52,673 nucleotides of DNA, from the IMG/VR virus record IMGVR_UViG_3300025769_000166, positions 1 through 52,673 of that record. One strand, 5' to 3'. The notes under the pieces were generated by a model, which made no database searches, was not told the DNA's origin, and worked only from the letters and a program-made list of their open reading frames with translations. How positions within the stretch are numbered: the stretch's first letter is position 1; every line of letters starts with the position of its first letter. Positions 48,201 to 52,673 of the stretch are shown here, piece after piece. This DNA is from a virus (Duplodnaviria; Caudoviricetes). A program made the translations under genes and the position numbers.

Positions 48201-48770
48201 ACGTTTGGTCTGTCGGAGGTGCCAATAAGGGTTGACTGGAAAGGTCAAGACATAAAGCAAACACCAAGAGGAGCAAATGGATTTGTCTATCAGATGTTTG
48301 ACCTGTCAAGAGCTCAAATGGGATCCGCCGATCCTCTGTCAAATGAGGTATGGAGACTATATGAAAGCACCGAGGATCTGGCTGACATATGTAGCACCCC
48401 AGGTTATGCGGAGAAGAGAGCCGTAGCGGTCCCAAACATTACATCGAAGAAAGACTTGAGGCTTACGGCGGCTCTGCCTAAACAATACACGTGGATGAAC
48501 GACCAAGAGTTCCAAGCTGAAAGCGTCTACTTGAACGTCGAGCAGATAAACAGACTAATGAAGATATCTGGCAAAAACAGGTATGACATGGCTCTCACTA
48601 TCATCAACTCTCCAGAGTACAAGTCGGCAAATGATCAAGACCGATTAGAGATGCTAAGTGACGTTGCTGACGAGTTTAACGGCGCCAAGGAATATAACGA
48701 AGAAGGATTTGAGCCACATACCATAGAACTGTTCAACATCATACAAGACATATATGATGGAAGGCAATAA
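39237..48770 (+). CDS. Giant polyvalent virion cargo protein (zincin-like EExxH, TM-like segments, several accessory domains)
   Basis: 3177 aa; G/A-rich hydrophobic region with EGGEE, VLIEETLH...EVAEEV, helical C-terminal region typical of large polyvalent/ejection proteins. Confidence 0.75.
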   Translation: MDTTQINFADMLISQGKTPEEITKYLNISNGGNSVSQDEVNEYFNSRSVKKKESEDLPKVEAEATGPESSVENLESTPEESKPLVNFSPVIPESEDPGVSAYRNYLIDTKASKVNSNKAPIIGAYNLSDEESLKQRFRYDAVMWASESKALGENVTEIEMMQDPKLVTQAMEKFKGHLESNYTNYEATDEKQTDYVAGSVFHDIIDGVSSIRNDKSLKGSKRREAEREFMDRYVEEFKERLPEDKRDDEEYLEKVSEAMYSRFGFRMNFDGDNVYNETANPLLAPLAGAAATTLDMISGVASVNPIAMIPAWIKNNFDDDPSNNNIVDAITEIDQALADASKNLRGYTRDYQDVSVFSPEDWSDSGVHMLGLITQTLGDVAPYMAAAAVSPTVMVGSMNVGAGITLGSNAFLNTFIDSYREDEIAIKNNETPVFDFSASGQASRFIFSLGTGVLETGTGLLFQGAASRAVGKGGGIHDVFRKIFVGEKNPATRAQILKIYATAAGADAILEGGEEAAVALYQGWAQSELGNVEQDWDQVWDNVSASFQLGVVGGGAIGTISSAVGAKKEISELPTGSRISTENSNFEMQIERAASSKGDEAEVAKFWFGLGDNNVDFESQAEFNAAMGGTPFALEEGDKYTTANSARYEEEVENHKKTNKDKYKALMFRNPKDWARLQEIDRRISDVLAKGTRAEDMSNSETLSADAKEAASKSIPSLQRQYIDLVKERRSIYTSFEFDGNFTIEEKIKMDDSIVANRLGQIDQDIRDAESKVVFQEENKDTKSFNPLAKRRAEAEVESLQKKKQNAESLVTEVNSARDKLELLEKRNASPKKIKEATEIVSSSEQQLADLLGVKTKSTGNSRSTERTSQAPSKPTSVWSAEEQAKNHFEDAENKGSTFTLDGINHAGRPMASVSIFNERSKVVDGDMSQKDLEAELGKFKEENADILDGNEDILAVGTFYSNESNQTFIDLSAVVDKKSAEELGKAYNQESVWDLELMEGIDTGGDGGALDNPKSEAERVKDIRDILSRLNESQRAKALAQRGIEGKYTDYRIEGDEGFGVKENDLVDKKTADFINKKLAKTLQNVVPGDVSIRIHNTAESGNYARQGGLDLEKGVVNGLAVTYEDGSAVIHFSPEALKSSGKSAESVLIEETLHLAMGPTIRNMSPKKTSRVISDLKGITKRLAKTNPELQGLIDQATNKSKQYRENNVSENEVAEEVIFEYISELSPFLDPKALSVQDQSALIRVVNEVLSALGLPSISSSEDAINMLKRASEMYREGKSMVDAPTDGTVDSERASYSEKGFPISALPEEEPITIMFSAPTYYRSGQLSGLQAGTLEKEMTFNGKWHFINWWKKATKMGKLPYSDFRIFNTYDGSVESLNVDQLKRWKLKPAKKKETEREKKTRLQKEKNELLSTIYNMFRDEYGVEFGMARKTQEAYESVASMFMSEEELQEHKDFEGDVWSPKKKGVINLSFLTNEQLVDFIASQEEFLGIRPKDSGSSTVSENANEYLFNINKVRSIEDLDERVSSMKKYLQRYKCGGDTNTCIIRGDKAYLATYMEMVADALNGDFTVNSAAELLQGMVLFQNDLRIHRRQRSLADVDIDNMELAQRATDLISNRYKDTPGVIPANSRDFQSLFLGIAAITSNGNRALPNLKIALRLHDSILKALEGGAPMKDALRPDIIEGIRQYNPEVTRGEVRAGRGQHVADELLALLEYADRFYDVETGRFDSDRFSNGLTRKAKGKEGPQARYILGKGQEGDAEKIGEFLSGILGKGNNSFLAKELWVGRVMAAMQGNFDLNIDSEQDQMLLNYGEVPNIQEYLQNQGVTEDQARQALKEVGTTAWDTTTDPTDIAIGGLLHIKYNPETSINNRRQAVTLFNKLIGRDQLYNPKSDPKVTRDVLKRTTDLINASLSPGAKKWTPFSVQQALWESAQETMGYFRDGEYTPVDYLTRLDQIESEDTWHSSPSLFMDPGVKWWLDSNENSKKVSSERASMQIDMFSNDQKNLNIQAHESPLFRTRTMSNTAVINGQEMSDEMVHDALLTDATSRKIMGEENEVKEGDIVAVRLNLNVKNNTGVPVQTIHDKTASGKALQYSGAVTLKNVTLDVNQSAREKIVTFRENKFPMAAVRGEFVSKGVEEADLDGVRATFNPFREHLFVDAAGRPIKSAEEATVIGNNVILRGKIEYYDPSGPVAQRGLKETDKNKSERLDKGNPKYEGNLRRFKAFSERALGVTYETREDLEDAYENLPVSSKVALSESEVAERMATANERASITEFTKDKRMRGRARKAAGQFGGTTRADIVNNPSNYIKPQKIKEIKEDLTAYTDGELVSFMTDESIGRLSQRNDDIGVLAGAELLSRAIAKGETERIPGLIAELAAIGTSAGRILRHFRELKNSNPRGLASIIESAVIEKGNKLSEAQSQRLNDLCDKLFAQQAKVENLMKRAIAGEEVDAEFERALKEMQATERELDTFTNAVIEKDWGTIFKQLVQGNLLTPFSQIVNVGANMVNAFGKVVVDTASLPVEYAMVKLGNVMGKNLEMKRKPSLMAYMYAMKRFGAGFVEAADQIVTGQDKEISEWRINRGFAPYRSIMAAWNNDLPQGPDGKGSPTQKAKLIIQGTLGIPAETMFRFLSLGDIPFRRWAEAKELYQIALNKGLSGKELERFLKFPNKKDLEIARIEGRKLTFQEEGFVSGATNRLVSSLEGAMASGLQMIPGVKDGSKFARALFGVILPYRSTPANILQETFTWVNPYVGIVRMSKDLENKDVTEASKTMTKMMLGAVTLEAAMMMIKEGIISGPVDWQDDEKRNMAYDLFPPSSVNVSALKRLMSGGDPSHKPDDVFMRYDKMGMFGAIMATAVQSIDSDDLADIKNREYGGPIDFTSHMISDFFGASSVSSISAMMEQSFVQGLNQFLQILIGDNVERDLERFITTAFRAGSAAVLPNTLTSLYKSQRLLLPDTRTTKDMTTTERILTKFKYTLKERTFGLSEVPIRVDWKGQDIKQTPRGANGFVYQMFDLSRAQMGSADPLSNEVWRLYESTEDLADICSTPGYAEKRAVAVPNITSKKDLRLTAALPKQYTWMNDQEFQAESVYLNVEQINRLMKISGKNRYDMALTIINSPEYKSANDQDRLEMLSDVADEFNGAKEYNEEGFEPHTIELFNIIQDIYDGRQ

Positions 48771-49203
48771 AAAGTTCAGAGACACAAAAGTAGGAAAGTG
48801 GGTGAAAGAAAAGCTACCTGAGGTAGCAGATACTTTCGCTAATGTACTTCCAGATCAAGGAGTTCTTGGGGTAGTTAAACGGGTTGTCGACGGAAGCCCA
48901 GAGCTTAGCGCTCAGGATAAGTTAGAGTTTGATAGACTTTCTATCGAGGCAGAGAAAAACGCTCAGGATAACGTAACGAGACGATGGGAGGCGGATGCAC
49001 AGTCGGACGTCAAGCTGGCTAAGTACATACGACCAGTGACCCTGATCGCGCTTACAGTTTTTTACATGGCGTTAACCGTTTGGGATGGACTAGACCAGTC
49101 GTTTATGCCACCTGAGAATTACATAAACCTGTTAGAAATTTTAATGCTGGCCGTGTTTAGCGCATACTTTGCTGGTAGGACTATAGAAAAAGTAAAGAGA
49201 TAA
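48754..49203 (+). CDS. Holin (GTA 3TM-holin-like)
   Basis: RWEAD..SD..L.KYIRP, two TM helices, AYFAGRTIEK tail. Confidence 0.75.
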   Translation: MMEGNKKFRDTKVGKWVKEKLPEVADTFANVLPDQGVLGVVKRVVDGSPELSAQDKLEFDRLSIEAEKNAQDNVTRRWEADAQSDVKLAKYIRPVTLIALTVFYMALTVWDGLDQSFMPPENYINLLEILMLAVFSAYFAGRTIEKVKR

Positions 49204-49715
49204 TGTTAGGGCTAGGTATACCAATTATTTATCGTTCATTCAACACTGGGGACTCAGTAGTGGCTCCAATATTTCTGTATGCAAGTGACTTTACTTCTGA
49301 TACAGACGGATGGTTTGATCCAGATGGTATTGGTGACCTTTCCGCTCCACGGAGTACTGCAGGAGGTTTAGATGATACGTTGAGATATGTTTCTCTTGCT
49401 CCGTTTCAGATCAACAGACGTATTAGACTTAACCTTTCGTCTCTCCCTATACCTAGTGGAAATAAAACATACGTTGTAAAGTTTACTTTTGAAGGGACTG
49501 CATCGAGTTCAACTCATAAGATAAAAGCAAGCGCATCGTTGGGGAGCAACAATGGACCATTTACTGGACTCATACCGAAAGACACTCCCGCTACATACCA
49601 CGAGACGTTTCAATCAACAAGCCCAAACACGTTTGATATAAACTTTGAATCGGAGTTTGGCCCATACACCGATGTCGCGTACTTCAAAAACATAGAGCTT
49701 TATTATTACCCATAA
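49203..49715 (+). CDS. MLGLG-leader protein with a carbohydrate-binding-like beta-sandwich
   Basis: MLGLGIPI; YASDFTSDTDGW...AYFKNIEL pattern resembling a CBM/galactose-binding fold. Confidence 0.6.
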   Translation: MLGLGIPIIYRSFNTGDSVVAPIFLYASDFTSDTDGWFDPDGIGDLSAPRSTAGGLDDTLRYVSLAPFQINRRIRLNLSSLPIPSGNKTYVVKFTFEGTASSSTHKIKASASLGSNNGPFTGLIPKDTPATYHETFQSTSPNTFDINFESEFGPYTDVAYFKNIELYYYP

Positions 49716-49728
49716 AACCAACTAAATA

Positions 49729-50523
49729 ATGCTAGGATTAAGCTTAGGAAGGGAATATAGGGACAGGGTCTCTGGAGGAACAGCCCCAGATTTGTCTCCT
49801 CGAATTTATTATGATCAGTCTCCAGGTCAGGATGGTACTTTAACTGTATACAACTCCGCTATAGAAAGCGGTTTCCAAGGTAACGCCACTGGCCCTGACG
49901 CAATCCTCGGAACCACTCAGAGCGGAACAGGCTACTTTATACCACGGGTAGACTGGAGACAGGAAATAGGACGTGGGTATGACGGAACATCCAACAACGA
50001 ACACGGAAATTTTGACCAGTTTTTTCCAAATGGAACCTGGCCTTCTACCAGTGTGCTGTATAACCAGACAGCCCCAGACGGCACAACTGGTTGGCAGGCT
50101 ATAGAATCATTTCAAGACCAGCCTACGGACTTCATTGAATTTATCAGGTTTTACATCCCGTCAACTAACCTTCCCCAATACAAAAACATTAGGCGTCCAA
50201 ACAATCCCGCAGGATATCAAGACCCCATAAAGTATAAGATTACGGGGCAGGTATACATAGACTCAAGCGGCGGCGGGTGGAATGGAACTGACCAAGTACA
50301 AGTAACATTTAAGATTGGCAAAACCTATAGTGTCCCGATTAACCAGAACCAATCTACACTTATTTCACAAGAGTATGCGCTAACTACCCCTCTGAATCAA
50401 AGCAGTAACACTAGTAATTTCAACTGGGCTAACCTTCAAATTTATTTCTACCCAACTGACACAATGGAGGCGGGAGCCAAATTTTATTTCAAAGACCTAA
50501 AGGGTATATTTTATTGGGAGTAA
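49729..50523 (+). CDS. MLGL-leader protein with a carbohydrate-binding-like beta-sandwich
   Basis: MLGLSLG; YKITGQVYI...KFYFKDLK, similar C-terminus to the previous gene. Confidence 0.6.
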   Translation: MLGLSLGREYRDRVSGGTAPDLSPRIYYDQSPGQDGTLTVYNSAIESGFQGNATGPDAILGTTQSGTGYFIPRVDWRQEIGRGYDGTSNNEHGNFDQFFPNGTWPSTSVLYNQTAPDGTTGWQAIESFQDQPTDFIEFIRFYIPSTNLPQYKNIRRPNNPAGYQDPIKYKITGQVYIDSSGGGWNGTDQVQVTFKIGKTYSVPINQNQSTLISQEYALTTPLNQSSNTSNFNWANLQIYFYPTDTMEAGAKFYFKDLKGIFYWE

Positions 50524-50553
50524 AGAGAGGCCCCGAAGGGCCCCTCTTAAAAT
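50523..50553. terminator. Probable bidirectional terminator between convergent blocks
   Basis: aagagaggccc-cgaa-gggcccctctt flanked by A/T runs. Confidence 0.75.
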
Positions 50554-50580
50554 AGTAAAGCTGGCTCACCCAACATTGGC

Positions 50581-52485
50581 TTATCGGACGGGACATGCTC
50601 CAGTATCGCAGTTGTCGATCTCTACCTCTTCCAGCGATATGCTGTCCAAAGACGTGATCGGGGTGACACTAGCTTTCATCTCGTCATACCTCTCCTTGGT
50701 AATCTCTTCCAGAGGGGCTTGATCGAAGCCGTGGTCGGAGTGCAAAAGGAAGGAGACAGACTTTACATTGACGTAGTTATCGTGGAGCCACCATCGGATA
50801 GCCTCCAATTCTTCTTTACGGTAGTATATTGTAACAGACACAGAGTTGTCTGACCATTCGCTCTGAAGTCTCTTGATGACTTCCAGCTGATCGCATGCGC
50901 TCATATCGTCCGCGAACTGCGTACCTTCAGGGAACGAGCAAGGGAATGATACGACTACCGTGCTATGGTCATCAGTGCCGTCGAAGTTGCGGACGTACTC
51001 TACGTGGTACCCATTGCTCCTAGCAACTCGTGCCAGCTCACTATCTGCCGCCATTCGGATTCGTCTAACGTAGTATTGGGAATATCCAGGGTGTGCGCCA
51101 GGTGTAACACCAGCAAGAAGTGACAGCGTTCCAGAGGGTTTAACTGTAGTAAGCTTAATGGAATTGGGAAACCCATGTGACTTAGAATATTCTTTATCGT
51201 ATGCACGAAGATACGTATAAGCTTTGTCCAACCAAGACTTTTGTTCTTCTGAAGCCTGCAGATACCCAGTCACACCAATACCCATACGCATGTTGCGGTG
51301 GACGATATTTTCGGTCTCCTTCAGGGCGCACGGTATAGCGAGGCTGTGCTTGTTCACCCTGTACAGGTAGCGAAGCACCTTCCTCAACTCCTCGTAGTCC
51401 TCAATGTTTGGGAGGTATACCTCTGCCAGACAGCAGGTCTCGAAGTTCTCAAGGCTCTGCTCGGCACAAGGGTTGTATCCTTGAACGTTTGGATCTGGGT
51501 ATTCATATTCACCCGTCCTACCCCACTTGCGAGAGGTCTCAAGGTTGATCAGACCGTAGGGCTCTCCGTTTCCGTTATACCCCTCCCAGAACTCCTCAGG
51601 GAGCTTTCCGATGTCGTCGCATACCACGGAGTTGTTGGACATAGCCCTCCAGTTGGGTATGTTACCGAGGTCCCAACGCTTAGCGCGGAGGAACTCGATG
51701 TCGTCGAAATCACCCAGAGCAATCTGAGCAGACCTCCTGACGTTACCTGCCACCACAATCTTACCGATGATGTTCATAATGTCAAGGCAATCCACGCTGG
51801 ACAGGCGGCGACCAGCCTTGGCGTTCAGAATCTTGTTGATCTCCATCATACCCCATACAAGATCCTCGCTACCGCTGGCAGTTCCACCGAACCCCTTGAT
51901 CTTAGCTCCTTTTGGTCGAATGAGGTGGGTGGCGAAAGTAAAGTCCTCGCACGTTCCGTCCTGCCAGAAGTGAGACTCAATGACCCGCTCAAGGAGTTGG
52001 ACCCATCCCTCTCGCGAGTCAGGAACGATGAAGTCAGCGTCATTGACGTCTTTCCTCTCGATGTTCACCTTTTGGTGGCCGACCTTCGGGAGTTGGTATA
52101 CATTCTCCCTTTGGATGTTGAATCCGACTCCGCTACCGAGCATGAGCATCTCAAATGCCCAAGTGAACGGGCGGATGGGTTCGTCAACAACCACAAACGC
52201 ACAGTTTTGGAGGGACGGCAACCCCAGACGATCTACGGTTTTGGTGCCGAGCTGCCAAAGAAACCTGCCAGCAACTGTGCCTTTGAGGTCAAGCATAATG
52301 TTGCGGAGCTCCTCTTTCTCGTGATCGAGGAACCCGCATTTGAGCTGTTCGTTACATGCCTCAACAACGCGATTGACTGTATCAGGCCACTCTTCTGTTT
52401 TACCTTCTGTGGTGGGTCTTGCATACGTTCGTTTGAACGTGGGGTATCCCACCTCACCCCATGGAGTAAGTTTTTCTGTGCTCAT
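50581..52485 (-). CDS. nrdJ: Class II (adenosylcobalamin-dependent) ribonucleotide reductase
   Basis: RTYAR, AGRFLW, SLQNCAF, VVAGNVRRSA, catalytic NPCAE, TTVKPSGT, C-terminal CDTGACPVR redox pair; no intein or intron visible. Confidence 0.95.
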   Translation of the reverse strand: MSTEKLTPWGEVGYPTFKRTYARPTTEGKTEEWPDTVNRVVEACNEQLKCGFLDHEKEELRNIMLDLKGTVAGRFLWQLGTKTVDRLGLPSLQNCAFVVVDEPIRPFTWAFEMLMLGSGVGFNIQRENVYQLPKVGHQKVNIERKDVNDADFIVPDSREGWVQLLERVIESHFWQDGTCEDFTFATHLIRPKGAKIKGFGGTASGSEDLVWGMMEINKILNAKAGRRLSSVDCLDIMNIIGKIVVAGNVRRSAQIALGDFDDIEFLRAKRWDLGNIPNWRAMSNNSVVCDDIGKLPEEFWEGYNGNGEPYGLINLETSRKWGRTGEYEYPDPNVQGYNPCAEQSLENFETCCLAEVYLPNIEDYEELRKVLRYLYRVNKHSLAIPCALKETENIVHRNMRMGIGVTGYLQASEEQKSWLDKAYTYLRAYDKEYSKSHGFPNSIKLTTVKPSGTLSLLAGVTPGAHPGYSQYYVRRIRMAADSELARVARSNGYHVEYVRNFDGTDDHSTVVVSFPCSFPEGTQFADDMSACDQLEVIKRLQSEWSDNSVSVTIYYRKEELEAIRWWLHDNYVNVKSVSFLLHSDHGFDQAPLEEITKERYDEMKASVTPITSLDSISLEEVEIDNCDTGACPVR

Positions 52486-52515
52486 ATTTTTTTTTCGGAA
52501 AGGCCTACAAGATAC

Positions 52516-52673
52516 TCAATAGTCGTTGAAATATCGCCATACGCGATACGAATCTAACGCCCTGAGATCCCGTAAGATAAGTTTTGTTATTAGGTCTTGC
52601 CTGTCTTTTCGTCGGTACAGTTTCCTGTATGCATCACGTTTATGCGTGACATGATCAAGCTCGACATTCTGGT
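52516..52673 (-). CDS. C-terminal fragment of a hypothetical protein (partial, runs off right edge)
   Basis: Manual translation ...QNVELDHVTHKRDAYRKLYRRKDRQDLITKLILRDLRALDSYRVWRYFNDY*. Confidence 0.65.
   Translation of the reverse strand, partial: QNVELDHVTHKRDAYRKLYRRKDRQDLITKLILRDLRALDSYRVWRYFNDY

Noticed and set aside
9481-52485. Genome-wide stop-codon reassignment; inteins or introns in terL and nrdJ
   Set aside because: Code 11 gives dense, uninterrupted ORFs up to 3177 aa; both genes have ordinary length and no splice motifs.
51298-52557. 419-aa plus-strand ORF antisense to nrdJ
   Set aside because: Shadow ORF of a well-supported gene.
1-52673. Prophage or integration module
   Set aside because: No integrase, att-like repeat or host genes seen; the rest of the genome is outside the window.

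Overview
About 52.7 kb of a lytic, podovirus-type tailed phage genome with a crAss-like (Crassvirales-related) virion module. The host is most likely an aquatic Bacteroidota bacterium: TAnnTTTG -7 promoter elements, A/T-rich start regions with no obvious Shine-Dalgarno sites, and a class II RNR. Left to right: (i) a visibly GC/TG-rich leftward 'early-type' block of small genes (1-1215); (ii) a repeat-rich divergent non-coding switch region (~1266-2086); (iii) a ~48 kb rightward block with a cluster of small Lys/Arg-rich proteins, an M15 peptidase endolysin, two GT-A-like paralogs, a tandem GroES-like protein, MazG, tRNA-Arg(UCU), TerL, portal, an 11.7 kb collagen/VWA/RCC1 fibre operon, scaffold, MCP, ring and muzzle proteins, cargo proteins including a 3177-aa polyvalent protein with no convincing virion-RNAP motif, a holin and two MLGL-leader proteins; (iv) a convergent nrdJ and a partial gene at the right edge. 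The most notable candidates are: a possible collagen-fibre glycosylation system; an animal-ECM-like collagen-VWA, Cys-bracketed giant fibre; a family of basic proteins sharing M[KR]AxK / YxxGG tags; near-leaderless late transcripts from a 9-bp promoter motif; a tRNA-like minihelix; a candidate sRNA; and an A10-plus-stem frameshift-like site and ERAS repeats in the giant cargo protein. All calls are from motif and synteny recognition by eye; no database searches were run.
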